The translations under genes and the position numbers were made by a program. 64,000 bases of DNA from a virus, in IMG/VR virus record IMGVR_UViG_3300027734_000042; one strand, given 5' to 3'. The notes beneath the pieces were generated by a model. The model saw only the letters and a list, made by a program, of their open reading frames with translations, searched no databases and had not been told where the DNA came from. Each line of letters opens with the position of its first letter. Position 1 is the stretch's first letter. Below, piece after piece: positions 33,482-43,750 of this stretch.

Positions 33482-34882
33482 ATGAATAAGAAAGTTCTAT
33501 CATTCAATAAATTTAACGAACAGGTTGACATTTTAGCCGGTTCGACTGGATCTCCTACACCGGATCCTGCATCTGATACTCCAGGAACGCAAAGACCCGA
33601 AAGTGAAAGGGAGGCAAAATCGAGAATTGCAACATCAATAATTAAAGGTCTTTTCGGTGATATAGAGGGTTTAACTGGTGGTGTCGATAATCAAATCGAG
33701 ATGACCAAGGAGGTTAAAGATTCCCTTCCTTATAAAGGATGTGGAGCAAGTGATCCATATAAATTAGAAAAAACACCAATATCTCTTGCTACTATTAAGA
33801 TCTTATTAAATTATCTACAAGAGAAAAAAGCGGGAGATTATACAAGAGCTATAAATGAGCTTAAAGAAAAAAGAGCTATAGTACTTGGTATTAGAAATAA
33901 GCTAAACGTTAAAAAAGAATCTTCTAACCAAGATAGATTCTGTGATGCCTTATATTTTATACCAGGAAATGCTAATGATGGAACAGAATCATCAGCTGGT
34001 ACAACAGGATCTACCGGATCTACCGGAGCTACAGGAGCTACAGGATCTACAGGAGCAAAAGAAAGTTTAGATTGGTCTAGTATAATTGAGCAGATCGAGA
34101 TTAATACTAATTCTAAAGTTCTTTCTTTTGAGAATTTTTATTCTTTAAACGAAGAGGAATCTGTTTTCGATAAGATCAAAAAGATAACTGATCCAAAATC
34201 TAATGCAGCAGCTACTGGAGCAGCTACTGGAGCAGCTACAGGACCGGCCCCTTCTGCAGCTACAGGACCAGTTCTTCCTGTAAGTTTAGGAGACACCTTT
34301 ATTCCATATCAAATTACAACTGTACCTAGCTTAGCTTTTTATGGTAAAAAACCACTTAATCCTAAAGGTGTAGGTATTAAAATGCCAGGAGATACTCTTT
34401 ATATCCTACAGGAATCAACTTTAGGTCACGGAAAATATAAAATGATGGTGGAGGGTGAGAAAATCAAAGTAGGTAGATACCCAATAGGAGTTACTAAATA
34501 CGAGAGTTATAAACCTGCAGAGATTTACACAGAAAATTGCGGTATGCAAATACACAGATCTTCAACTAAAGGAGAGGGTGTTTGTGTAGGACCTTGGTCT
34601 GGAGGATGTCAAGTATTTAGTAATTACGATGAATTTAAAGATTTTATATCTAAGGCTGAAAAAGAAACGATGAATGCTACTAAATTCATTTATGCCCTTA
34701 TACAATTGGACGATATTCCCGATGAAGTAATGAAGTCTGCAATGATAGGTATGGTATATTCCCCAAGTCAGGTTACAGCTTCTACTGAACCAGCAACAGG
34801 ATCTACTGGTTCAGCAACAGGATCTACAGGGACAGCAAAAGCTGGAGGATTAAAAAATCTAGGAAGAATCACCGAGGATTAA
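33482..34882 (+). CDS. late protein with YkuD/L,D-transpeptidase-like His/Cys domain and G-x-T linkers
   Basis: GIRN..DRFCD..ITTVP..NPKG..QIHR..WSGGCQV; GATATATA at 33470; N-terminus MNKKVLSFNKFNE. Confidence 0.55.
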   Translation: MNKKVLSFNKFNEQVDILAGSTGSPTPDPASDTPGTQRPESEREAKSRIATSIIKGLFGDIEGLTGGVDNQIEMTKEVKDSLPYKGCGASDPYKLEKTPISLATIKILLNYLQEKKAGDYTRAINELKEKRAIVLGIRNKLNVKKESSNQDRFCDALYFIPGNANDGTESSAGTTGSTGSTGATGATGSTGAKESLDWSSIIEQIEINTNSKVLSFENFYSLNEEESVFDKIKKITDPKSNAAATGAATGAATGPAPSAATGPVLPVSLGDTFIPYQITTVPSLAFYGKKPLNPKGVGIKMPGDTLYILQESTLGHGKYKMMVEGEKIKVGRYPIGVTKYESYKPAEIYTENCGMQIHRSSTKGEGVCVGPWSGGCQVFSNYDEFKDFISKAEKETMNATKFIYALIQLDDIPDEVMKSAMIGMVYSPSQVTASTEPATGSTGSATGSTGTAKAGGLKNLGRITED

Positions 34883-34899
34883 AAAATCTAGGAAGAATC
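34845..34899 (+). repeat. 26-bp direct repeat GAGGATTAAAAAATCTAGGAAGAATC x2
   Basis: Copies at 34845-34870 and 34874-34899. Confidence 0.9.
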
Positions 34900-34953
34900 C
34901 TATAATAGAAACTTTATTCATTAATTACCGTACAAAAAGTAAAGGTAATTTTA

Positions 34954-36363
34954 GTGAGTAATACAATAACAATATCAGATCAGATCAATACTGATTATAG
35001 GAAATATGCTCTGTATGTAATACAAAGCAGAGGTATTCCTAATTTCTACGATGCTTTAACTCCTGTTCAAAGATTAATACTTCAAAATTCACCAAGCATT
35101 TTTAAAAAGACTGTTGGTGTAATTGGTGAAGTATTTAGTACAGGACTCTATCACCACGGGGATTCTTCTATGGCTCAGGCAATATCTAAATTAGCTAGAC
35201 CTTTCTCGTGTTCAGATCAGATATTATTAGGAGATGGATTTTTTGGTACTCCAGTAAATCCGGTACCTTCTGCTCCCAGATATACTCAAGTAAAAATATC
35301 TCCGAAGTATAAGGACATTATAGAAAAATACAAGGATCTTAATATTCCTAACGAGGAAGGGGGATTTGATTGGATCCATGTTGATTATCCAGTTGGTATA
35401 TCAACACATATAGTTGGTATTGCTGTTGGATATAAATCTAATATCCTACCAAGAAAGCCTGAGGAGATCGTTACATATCTAGAAGGGAATAAAACTAAAA
35501 AGCTAAAACCATATTTCAGGGGGTTTAAAGGAAAGATATCAAAGATGGATTCTTTAAGATCCGCTTGGTTAATAGAGGGTGATGTCGAAATGGACTTAGC
35601 AACTAGAACATTTAAGATTAATTCTATTTCTCCTTTACAAAGATATGAGTCTTTCTTTATTAGGTTAAATAGCTTATTAGAAAGAAGTGGCATTAATTAC
35701 AAGATGGATAATTTCTCTACGGAGGATGTTAAAATATCAATAAAATTTAGATGTACAGATCAAGAATTTAAAGACATATGTTTTCTTGTAGCAAAGGAAA
35801 CTAAACAGATTGTCACAGAAAATATTGTATTTGTTAGAGATGGAAGTGTTTTAGAGTATGAATGTATAGAAGACTATTTAGAAGATTTTATTGTTCACAG
35901 AGAGCTAACAATATTAAAAAGATTTGAAAGGGATCTATTATATTTACAGAATGATCTAGAATTTTTAGAAGCTAAGCTAAAATTCCTAACATTCATGTCG
36001 GATAAGAAAAGATCGTCAGAGGAAGTTGACAAATTTCTTTCTAGTTATAAGAGGGAGATATCAAGAAGGCTTGAATCGATACCACTAACTAAATTGACAA
36101 AAGAGGAAATAATTAAGACTTCTGAAGAAATTAAATCAATAAAAGAGGCTATAAAGAATAAGATCCAGGAGATAAAAGTTCAAAAGACTAAATCTAAAGG
36201 AGCGGAGAAATACCATGCTTCTTTAGGAAGGAAAAATTCAAAAACAACTTCTTTATTAGGAGACGTTAAGGAGGAATTTCACAACGGAATTAGAATTTTT
36301 GACTTGGAAGAAATAGAAGAAGAAACAGAAGAAACAACTGAATTAAATATAGAAAATGAGTAA
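34954..36363 (+). CDS. type II topoisomerase breakage-reunion subunit (gp52 / GyrA-like)
   Basis: YALYVIQSRGIP..DALTPVQR, YHHGD, APRYT catalytic Tyr, GIAVGY. Confidence 0.92.
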   Translation: MSNTITISDQINTDYRKYALYVIQSRGIPNFYDALTPVQRLILQNSPSIFKKTVGVIGEVFSTGLYHHGDSSMAQAISKLARPFSCSDQILLGDGFFGTPVNPVPSAPRYTQVKISPKYKDIIEKYKDLNIPNEEGGFDWIHVDYPVGISTHIVGIAVGYKSNILPRKPEEIVTYLEGNKTKKLKPYFRGFKGKISKMDSLRSAWLIEGDVEMDLATRTFKINSISPLQRYESFFIRLNSLLERSGINYKMDNFSTEDVKISIKFRCTDQEFKDICFLVAKETKQIVTENIVFVRDGSVLEYECIEDYLEDFIVHRELTILKRFERDLLYLQNDLEFLEAKLKFLTFMSDKKRSSEEVDKFLSSYKREISRRLESIPLTKLTKEEIIKTSEEIKSIKEAIKNKIQEIKVQKTKSKGAEKYHASLGRKNSKTTSLLGDVKEEFHNGIRIFDLEEIEEETEETTELNIENE

Positions 36364-37123
36364 GAAAACACCAACTTTAAATTTTAAAATTACTAACTCA
36401 AACAATTTTATAGCATTTCTTAAAAAGCTAAAACTTGTTGACAAGAGTGTTCCCCTGGAGATTGAAGGAAGCAATTTATTTGCTAAAGTTAGAACGCCAG
36501 ATAAATCTGTAATCAAATATGTTAACGTAGACACCAATGATATACTAGAAGGCGAATTTCCGTCCAATCGATTAAAGATAGGAGTTCTTGAGATTAGTAA
36601 ATTAATTGATGTGTTTAAATACTTTGGACCAGAGGAAGAACTTAATCTTATCGTGGAATCACAGCCTTATGAGGGATATTTAATTGCTACAAGTCTTAAG
36701 TTTTCGTCATCGTCTTTAAACATTTTTGTTAAATGTGCTGATATTAGTCTATTAGCATATATTGATGATAACATTCAAAAATCAATACACTCCACAGAAG
36801 GATCTGAAGTTAATTTTGAAATATCAAAAGAGAGCTTTCAGAAGATATCTTCATTAACAGGTATCGAAACGAACAATGAGGAATTACTTAACTTCGACAT
36901 TGAGGAAAATGGAGTAACCATTAGAGGTAACTCATTCCAGTATCAAATCATTAAGGGAAAAACCCCTAATGGATTTACTTCACCTAGCGTATACACAATC
37001 TATAAAAATCAATTCTCTTACATAGATCAAGAAAGCTCTGAAATTCATTTTCACGAGAATAGAATTCTTGTTAAATCAACTGAGTCTGATTCAATGATTG
37101 CAATAGGGTTAGTGGAAATATAA
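36356..37123 (+). CDS. probable sliding clamp (gp45/PCNA-like)
   Basis: 255 aa two-domain alpha/beta pattern, directly upstream of the polymerase C-half. Confidence 0.5.
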   Translation: MSKKTPTLNFKITNSNNFIAFLKKLKLVDKSVPLEIEGSNLFAKVRTPDKSVIKYVNVDTNDILEGEFPSNRLKIGVLEISKLIDVFKYFGPEEELNLIVESQPYEGYLIATSLKFSSSSLNIFVKCADISLLAYIDDNIQKSIHSTEGSEVNFEISKESFQKISSLTGIETNNEELLNFDIEENGVTIRGNSFQYQIIKGKTPNGFTSPSVYTIYKNQFSYIDQESSEIHFHENRILVKSTESDSMIAIGLVEI

Positions 37124-37124
37124 T

Positions 37125-38294
37125 ATGGAAGAACTAGATTATTCATCAATGGGTCTTGATGAGTTAAAAGAAAGACTCGCAATTTTAAAGCAACAATCTT
37201 CTGATTTCTATAATACTGAACAGGGAATTAAATTAACTCTTAACAGTATATACGGAGCGACAGGAAATCAGTATTTTGCTATGTTCAACACCGATGTTGC
37301 AGAAAGCGTAACATTACAGGGACAGGATATTTGGAAATTTGCTGAGAAGATAGTTAACAGATATTTTAATGACATGTGGCATCTAGATACTGAGCTACAT
37401 GAAAAAATGGAAGTTAAGAATGTAAGGAAGCTTAATCTAGATTTTATCATCTACGGAGATACCGATTCCAATTATATCAACCTTGGTGCAGTAATGGACT
37501 CTTGCGAGTTTAATTACGAAGCTTATGAATTTGTCAAAAGACTTAATGAGTTCAGATTAAAGGAATATATTAAGAAATGCTATGATATCTATGCTACTAA
37601 ATGGAATACTGATAACTATCAGGATTTTGAGCTTGAGAGCTTATCATATGCAGGTATTTTCTTAGGTAAAAAGAAATACGTACTTCACATCGCATGGCAA
37701 GATCCGAATAAGGATCTATTTCCTAGACTTTCTAAAATTAAATCTACCGGTATTGAATTAGCTCAGGGAGGTACTGCTCCTTTTGCTAGAGAGAAGCTTA
37801 CGTTCCTTTTAAGACACATTTTCGAGAAAGGTAAGGATTTTGATATACGGGAGTTCGTTAAGATCTTAAAGGACATTAAAAATGAGTTTAAGATACAGAA
37901 GCCTGATCAAATCTCTATCGGTACTTCAGTTAACAACATAGAAAAGTTCATTGTTAATGATACTACTAATTTCGAGGTAGCAAAAGGATGTCCAATGCAC
38001 GTTAGAGCTGCAGGATATCACAATTATATTCTTAATAACTCCAAGCATAAAGCCAAGTACAGCTTAATCAGATCATCAGAAAAGATTAAGTTCTATTATG
38101 TTAAGGTTAACAACGAAAGAGAAAATAATGTATTTGGATATCTTAATGGATCATACCCATACGAATTAGCTCCTCCCGTAGATTTTGACGAGCAATTTAA
38201 CAGAGTTATTCTAGATCCTATCAATAGATTCATTGAAGCGATGGGATATACTCCTCTTTCTCCGAACCTTCTTCTAGTAAGAGCCTTATTTTAA
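37125..38294 (+). CDS. gp43: family B DNA polymerase, C-terminal half (motifs B, C, thumb)
   Basis: KLTLNSIYGA, YGDTDS, KKKY, hydrophobic C-terminal RALF (possible clamp-binding tail). Confidence 0.9.
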   Translation: MEELDYSSMGLDELKERLAILKQQSSDFYNTEQGIKLTLNSIYGATGNQYFAMFNTDVAESVTLQGQDIWKFAEKIVNRYFNDMWHLDTELHEKMEVKNVRKLNLDFIIYGDTDSNYINLGAVMDSCEFNYEAYEFVKRLNEFRLKEYIKKCYDIYATKWNTDNYQDFELESLSYAGIFLGKKKYVLHIAWQDPNKDLFPRLSKIKSTGIELAQGGTAPFAREKLTFLLRHIFEKGKDFDIREFVKILKDIKNEFKIQKPDQISIGTSVNNIEKFIVNDTTNFEVAKGCPMHVRAAGYHNYILNNSKHKAKYSLIRSSEKIKFYYVKVNNERENNVFGYLNGSYPYELAPPVDFDEQFNRVILDPINRFIEAMGYTPLSPNLLLVRALF

Positions 38295-38324
38295 TAATAG
38301 GGATATATAGAAGAAAACATTAAA

Positions 38325-38762
38325 ATGACTTTCGACGAATATAAAGAAACTGGCGCATTTGTACCTAGCGATTTAGAGATTAACGTTAAAACACTAGGAT
38401 CTTCTAACGATATAAACGATCACTTTATAAATTTATTGGTTTTCCAAGCACAGCTTAAAATTATGCACTGGGGAACGGAATCCTATGCGCAGCACAATGC
38501 TTATGGTATGACTTATGAATCTATATCTGAAGGATTAGATGCTTTAGTTGAATCATATCAAGGTTACAACTCAAGAATAAACTTTGGCGGTACTTTTGAA
38601 TTTGGAAGTTTTGGATCTGTTGATCCTATGCAATGGCTAAAATCTATTCTTGATTGTTTAAATGCAATGAGAGAAATGTTTGATAAGTCTGATCTTCAGA
38701 ATTTAACTGATGAGCTTATCGCTTCTGTTTCTAAATTAATGTATCTTCTTTCTCTTAAATAA
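38325..38762 (+). CDS. Dps/ferritin-like protein
   Basis: HWGTESYAQHNA...DALVESYQG...DLQNLTDE...YLLSLK; GATATATA at 38302. Confidence 0.7.
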   Translation: MTFDEYKETGAFVPSDLEINVKTLGSSNDINDHFINLLVFQAQLKIMHWGTESYAQHNAYGMTYESISEGLDALVESYQGYNSRINFGGTFEFGSFGSVDPMQWLKSILDCLNAMREMFDKSDLQNLTDELIASVSKLMYLLSLK

Positions 38763-38822
38763 ATACATTGCGAAACTTACCTTTCTCATAGAGATATAAA
38801 AGTAAAGGTAAAACACTCAAAA

Positions 38823-39179
38823 ATGTCATTTAACAAAAGGTTTTTCAACTGGGAAAAAATTAAAGATTACGCTGGGGGTACACGGGATTTTCGTAGTTTT
38901 GATAATTGGATGCTTGGTCCGGATGCTTATTTTCTAAATGATACTGAATCTTCTGATTTTTTAAAATCATACTCTCCATTAAAAGAAGACCTTAGATCTC
39001 TATTCTTTGAAGCTTTTAAAGAGGGAGATGATTTTATATTCGATCTTGTTAAGCTTCTAAGAGTTACTAATAATAAAAACAACGAGGAAAATCATATTGA
39101 ACCTGTCGAGAAGTATAAATTGCTTTTCTCTGAGAAATGGGGAATCAAGTATGAGCAATACAAAAATTTAATTCAATAA
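38823..39179 (+). CDS. hypothetical protein
   Basis: Downstream of the GAAACT-N17-TATAAA promoter at 38772. Confidence 0.6.
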   Translation: MSFNKRFFNWEKIKDYAGGTRDFRSFDNWMLGPDAYFLNDTESSDFLKSYSPLKEDLRSLFFEAFKEGDDFIFDLVKLLRVTNNKNNEENHIEPVEKYKLLFSEKWGIKYEQYKNLIQ

Positions 39180-39181
39180 AA

Positions 39182-39454
39182 ATGCAAGAAAATCAACAAC
39201 AAGTAAAGGTGGATATGTCAGATACACCTTGGATCAAATGTGAAGGTGGTAACATGTTATGGGAATCATCTATGTTATTCAAAAGACTTTCCCCGTTAAT
39301 GAGCCCTTCGGGAAAGGAGGAATTATTGCCTGCTGAAATTGTCACTTGTAAACAATGTGGAAAAGTTCCTAAGTTCTTTTTTGATATGGCTAAGGGAATT
39401 CCTGAGGATCTTAAATCAGATTGTCATAAAACTAAAATTAATTTAGAACTGTAA
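39182..39454 (+). CDS. small zinc-ribbon-like protein
   Basis: KCEGG...SPLMSPSGKE...CKQCG. Confidence 0.55.
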   Translation: MQENQQQVKVDMSDTPWIKCEGGNMLWESSMLFKRLSPLMSPSGKEELLPAEIVTCKQCGKVPKFFFDMAKGIPEDLKSDCHKTKINLEL

Positions 39455-39522
39455 ATTTCTAAAATCATTTTTTTATTCTAGATTTTTCTATTATCTTTGT
39501 TTAAACTTAAAAAAATGAGATT

Positions 39523-39846
39523 ATGGAAAAGCAAGAATTGTTAGGAAAGGCTTCTAAGGTCTTAAAAGAAACAGCAAGGATCCTCGGATTTGTATGTTTA
39601 GTAGCACTGGGCTACATTTTGTCTGAATTGTATCACTACAGTACAAGGGAAAGGGATAAAGCTGATTGTTCGTCACCTAAAGTGACTAAAACAATAAAAG
39701 AAACCTCAGTAGCTATAAACGAGCGTAACGAGCTTATGATTATAGATCGTACCACTGGGGAATATGAAATTTATCAGGATTCAATTGGACAATCAATATT
39801 TAACTTGTATGCAACCAGAATTCAATCAGAATACCAGAACCCTTAA
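39523..39846 (+). CDS. single-pass membrane protein
   Basis: Hydrophobic ILGFVCLVALGYIL. Confidence 0.6.
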   Translation: MEKQELLGKASKVLKETARILGFVCLVALGYILSELYHYSTRERDKADCSSPKVTKTIKETSVAINERNELMIIDRTTGEYEIYQDSIGQSIFNLYATRIQSEYQNP

Positions 39847-40381
39847 TCTAAAGATTAGGGTTTCTTTTTTTGCAGCCCTTGTTTTTATAGGGCTGCTTAC
39901 TATTCCTCTTAGACATTTTTTATCTGTTGGTAAAATAGAACGGGGAGAGGATTTGACTTATTCTGAGGGATCTATGTACGAGAGACAGCCTATTGCAATT
40001 AGGATGTTTTCTACTATAGAAAAATATGCGGAAAAGTATAATATACCCCTTAGGTATGCTTTAGGAATAGCTTACGCAGAGACTAGATACGAAGGACCTT
40101 TCCATTGGAATTATAATCCCGAACAAAAATCTTATGTTGGTGCTTTAGGTCCTATGCAAATTATGCCTAGCACTGCTAATATGATATGGGGTAGATCTGT
40201 ACCAACGGAAGATCTTATATCTAATATAGATCTTAACGTGGAAACATCTATGAAGTTACTTAGGAAGCTTCATGACAAATACGGAAACTGGAAAATAGTA
40301 TTTGGATGCTACAACACAGGAACTCCATGTGTCAATGGATATGCTGAAAAAGTTTTTAATTTTAACCCAAAAAATAAATGA
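39764..40381 (+). CDS. SLT-family lytic transglycosylase with N-terminal membrane anchor (start uncertain)
   Basis: AYAETRY catalytic Glu, GALGPMQIMPSTA, YNTG. Confidence 0.85.
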   Translation: MKFIRIQLDNQYLTCMQPEFNQNTRTLNLKIRVSFFAALVFIGLLTIPLRHFLSVGKIERGEDLTYSEGSMYERQPIAIRMFSTIEKYAEKYNIPLRYALGIAYAETRYEGPFHWNYNPEQKSYVGALGPMQIMPSTANMIWGRSVPTEDLISNIDLNVETSMKLLRKLHDKYGNWKIVFGCYNTGTPCVNGYAEKVFNFNPKNK

Positions 40382-41052
40382 AATACATTTCAATAGATGT
40401 AGAAACAACCGGGCTTGATACTGAGAATGATCAGGTGCTATCAATAGCTGCTATTATAGAAGACAGTAATAATCCATTGCCTTTTGAAGATATCCCAAAA
40501 ATTCATATTGCAATCAAGAGAGAAAGTATATCTGGAAGCATGTTTGCTATCAACATGAACAGGGAGCTTATTAAAAAGATAGTTCATTACCAAACTGCAA
40601 AGGACCAAGACGAGAAGAACGATATGGTTCAAATGACAGGAATGATATTCTTAGATGAGTCAGAAGTAGTGGAAGCTCTTTATCAATTCTGTTATATAAA
40701 TGGACTTGTTGAACTGGATCCTGATTATCTCACAAAAACATCTAAGGTAGTTAACGGAGTTAGATATCCCATGCTAACTTCAAGCATGCCTAAAGTTCAT
40801 ATCACTTGTGCTGGAAAAAACTTCGCTACGTTTGATAAGCTATTTTTAGAAAAGCTACCAAGATGGAAACAGGTTTTTAGAATACGACAAAGAATCATTG
40901 ATCCATCTTTATTATTTATTGACTGGAAAAATGACGAATCTCTACCAGGTTTATTTGAGTGTAAAAAGAGAGCAGGCGTTACTGGAATAGTTTCTCATGA
41001 TGCTTTAGAAGATGCATGGGACGTAGTTGAATTACTTAGAAAAAATTATTAA
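40378..41052 (+). CDS. DEDDh 3'-5' exonuclease
   Basis: DVETTGLD, GKNFATFD, HDALEDA. Confidence 0.85.
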   Translation: MKYISIDVETTGLDTENDQVLSIAAIIEDSNNPLPFEDIPKIHIAIKRESISGSMFAINMNRELIKKIVHYQTAKDQDEKNDMVQMTGMIFLDESEVVEALYQFCYINGLVELDPDYLTKTSKVVNGVRYPMLTSSMPKVHITCAGKNFATFDKLFLEKLPRWKQVFRIRQRIIDPSLLFIDWKNDESLPGLFECKKRAGVTGIVSHDALEDAWDVVELLRKNY

Positions 41053-41054
41053 TT

Positions 41055-41249
41055 ATGGAAGATAGATTCACAAAAAGAGCGGAAGAGCTTCAGGAAGAAT
41101 TACACGAGACTATGGAGGAGCTTCTTAAACAAAGTGGTAGCATTAAAATAGACTACCAAGACGTATCAGTAGTTTTTATACTACATAAAATTGCATCATT
41201 ACAATGCGTAATGGAAGACATACTAAAGGAGCTTAAAAAAGATGCCTAG
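41055..41249 (+). CDS. hypothetical protein
   Basis: Operon fit. Confidence 0.55.
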   Translation: MEDRFTKRAEELQEELHETMEELLKQSGSIKIDYQDVSVVFILHKIASLQCVMEDILKELKKDA

Positions 41250-41490
41250 TAAAAGACTTTTCACAGGTGTATTAATTTTAGTAACACTACTACTATCATT
41301 TATTTTTATGATGGGTGGATGTGAGAACGAAAGTAGGTGTAGTTATTCTATATCCCTTAAAAGTGGTAGTGTCATCAAGGCTAAAGGAATAAATTTATAT
41401 AATTCGGGATTTTATGATATACATACTTGCGAAGGTGAAAGGATAGTAATGTCTGAATCATCTATATTAAAAATAACCGATGAAGAATAG
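41242..41490 (+). CDS. putative lipoprotein / membrane protein
   Basis: Hydrophobic N-terminus ending MGGC. Confidence 0.5.
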   Translation: MPSKRLFTGVLILVTLLLSFIFMMGGCENESRCSYSISLKSGSVIKAKGINLYNSGFYDIHTCEGERIVMSESSILKITDEE

Positions 41491-41719
41491 AAGATATCAA
41501 GAATGCAATATACTAGAAAAGAATTGGCGGAAAAGACATTACCTTAAAATACCTTTCAAGTGGATCCGGTGGAAGATAACATCAAACAAAGGATTTACTA
41601 GCGGAGGATATTGGCAAATTCTAATTGGAACTGCTCATATGGATATGAAATGGTATTATACTCAAGAAGAGGTTATGAAAATGTTTGAAACGAAATTAGA
41701 TAAAAATAATATAGAATAA
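41480..41719 (+). CDS. hypothetical protein
   Basis: Operon fit. Confidence 0.55.
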   Translation: MKNRRYQECNILEKNWRKRHYLKIPFKWIRWKITSNKGFTSGGYWQILIGTAHMDMKWYYTQEEVMKMFETKLDKNNIE

Positions 41720-41720
41720 G

Positions 41721-42218
41721 ATGGACGACCAAAGAGAAAAAATTTATGAGTATAATAATCCGGATGCCAAATTTAGTATTATACCAAATGGGGTTTTAAT
41801 TTTAAATCAGGATAATATGGAAAATGAATTTGTACCTTATGAGTTGGCGGTTAAACTCAAACAACTTGGATTTGATGAAAAATGTTTTGGAAACTACACA
41901 GAACTTGAACTTAAAGATTACAAAGGAGGAATCGGAGTAAAAATAACTAAAAGCACTTGTTTATCTACAATTAATGGTGTTAGAAATTATAATCAAGAAG
42001 GTCAAGTTTCATCACCAACTTTTTCACAAGCATTTAGATGGTTTAGAGAGAAGGGATTCCTAATTGATTTTTCAAGTCATAACAAGGATGCACATGATTT
42101 TTATTTTAAATGGTCAGAGAATAAATCAATTCTTTCTGACACATACGATACCTATGAAGAAACAGAACTTGCTTGTCTTTCCAAGTTAATTGAAATTATA
42201 GAACTTAAATCAGAATAA
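41721..42218 (+). CDS. hypothetical phage protein (EFVPYELA..LK.LGFDE.C family)
   Basis: Motifs PTFSQAFRWFREK and TYEETELACL. Confidence 0.6.
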   Translation: MDDQREKIYEYNNPDAKFSIIPNGVLILNQDNMENEFVPYELAVKLKQLGFDEKCFGNYTELELKDYKGGIGVKITKSTCLSTINGVRNYNQEGQVSSPTFSQAFRWFREKGFLIDFSSHNKDAHDFYFKWSENKSILSDTYDTYEETELACLSKLIEIIELKSE

Positions 42219-42219
42219 G

Positions 42220-42636
42220 ATGAAGACACTTTACATAGTTAGAGGAATACCAGGATCTGGTAAATCAACATTTGCAAAAAAATTAGTAGGAGAAGACTTC
42301 CTAGTTTGCGAAGCAGACAAATACTTTATAGATAAGGAGACTGGAGAATATAACTTTGATTTTACTAAGATCAAAGAAGCCCACAAATTCTGTCAAGACA
42401 CAGTTGAGACATACATGAAGGACTCATTAGTCAATGACCAATTCTACAGAGAGATTGCGGTCTCTAATACATTCACACAAGAATGGGAGATGGAGCATTA
42501 TATTAAGCTTGCAAAAAAATACGGGTACATGGTATTTACTATAATTGTCGAGAATAGACATGGAGGTAAAAACGTTCACGGAGTTCCTGATGACACCTTA
42601 GAAAAAATGAAAGGCAGATTTGAGATCTCTTTATAG
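42220..42636 (+). CDS. P-loop polynucleotide kinase-like protein (AAA_33 / N4BP2 type)
   Basis: RGIPGSGKSTFA, EADKYF, VSNTF, NVHGVP. Confidence 0.8.
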   Translation: MKTLYIVRGIPGSGKSTFAKKLVGEDFLVCEADKYFIDKETGEYNFDFTKIKEAHKFCQDTVETYMKDSLVNDQFYREIAVSNTFTQEWEMEHYIKLAKKYGYMVFTIIVENRHGGKNVHGVPDDTLEKMKGRFEISL

Positions 42637-42673
42637 TAGAAACTTAGATACGGAAAAGAAGTATAAATAGCAT

Positions 42674-43240
42674 ATGAACAAGGATTCAAAAAAGAAATAC
42701 GATCGCCTGAAAAATCGAAATCTCTATTTGGTTGATGAAATAGATCCGGATTCTGCTAATGATGTTATAGAGGATATCATAGAAATCAATTCTATGGATG
42801 AGGAAGACGATGAAGAGCTTAAAGACTTTGAACGTAGACCTATAAATCTTTACATCAATAGTCCAGGGGGATGTGTATACAGCGCTTTAGCTTTGATTAA
42901 TGCTATAGAATATTCTAAGACTCCAGTTATTACTCATGCTTTAGGTATGGTAATGTCAGGAGCTTTATACGTAATGGCTTCAGGGCATATAAGAAAAGCC
43001 CACAAATATTCTTCTTTTATGTTCCATGAGATCATAGCTAGCCATCCTTATTCATCTTTAACTTGGATTAAGAACGACGTTAAAGAGTGTGAGCGATTAC
43101 AAAAAACATTAGAAGGTATCTTAACTTCTAAAAGTAAATTCCCACAGGCTAAAATAGAAGAGGTCGTAGAGAGATCTAAGGATTTCTACTTTGATGCAAA
43201 TGTGGCTTTAAGGTACAAAATAATCGACGAGATTATTTGA
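42674..43240 (+). CDS. clpP: ClpP-family protease
   Basis: LYINSPGG, MSGA (Ser), MFHE (His), KDFY (Asp), IIDEII. Confidence 0.85.
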   Translation: MNKDSKKKYDRLKNRNLYLVDEIDPDSANDVIEDIIEINSMDEEDDEELKDFERRPINLYINSPGGCVYSALALINAIEYSKTPVITHALGMVMSGALYVMASGHIRKAHKYSSFMFHEIIASHPYSSLTWIKNDVKECERLQKTLEGILTSKSKFPQAKIEEVVERSKDFYFDANVALRYKIIDEII

Positions 43241-43252
43241 TATATAAAAAAA

Positions 43253-43746
43253 GGGCCTGTTCTTGGATTTGACAGGCGAAGTTAGTTCTTTGAAATGATG
43301 CAGGCAGGGTTAGATTGGAAATCCTTAATTACCTATCAAAACAATAAACGCAAACGTTTACAACCCAGAGGATATCATGAGTATCCCAACTTCTCTTACT
43401 CGCGTAGCGGTAGCAGAAGAGGCTGAGATGCTATTAGCAGCTTAACCGTCGGGCCGGATCGGCCTAGGAACAGAAAGATCCAAAACCGGCAAGAAAAAAG
43501 GTTCGTAGTATTGCCAATTTAACATTGAGTGGAGCCTTGAGGATTCGTCCAATACCCATTTAGATCGTCACTATCAATGTTAGGGAAACTTGGCTAATAC
43601 CAGGGAGTAACCCAGACTGAGCATTAAGTCTGAAAGAAAAAAGAAATGCACCAAAGTTTGTCCGTGTCGAATAACGGAATAAGCCTGTGAATGAGTTTCT
43701 TGAGCATTCGATCTGGACCCGGGTTCGAATCCCGGCAGGTCCACCA
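43253..43746 (+). ncRNA. ssrA: tmRNA
   Basis: GGGCCTG/CAGGTCC-ACCA acceptor stem with G3:U70, GGATTTGAC 5' motif, T-arm CCGGG-TTCGAAT-CCCGG, tag ORF 43350-43445 ending LAA. Confidence 0.92.
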
Positions 43747-43750
43747 AAAT

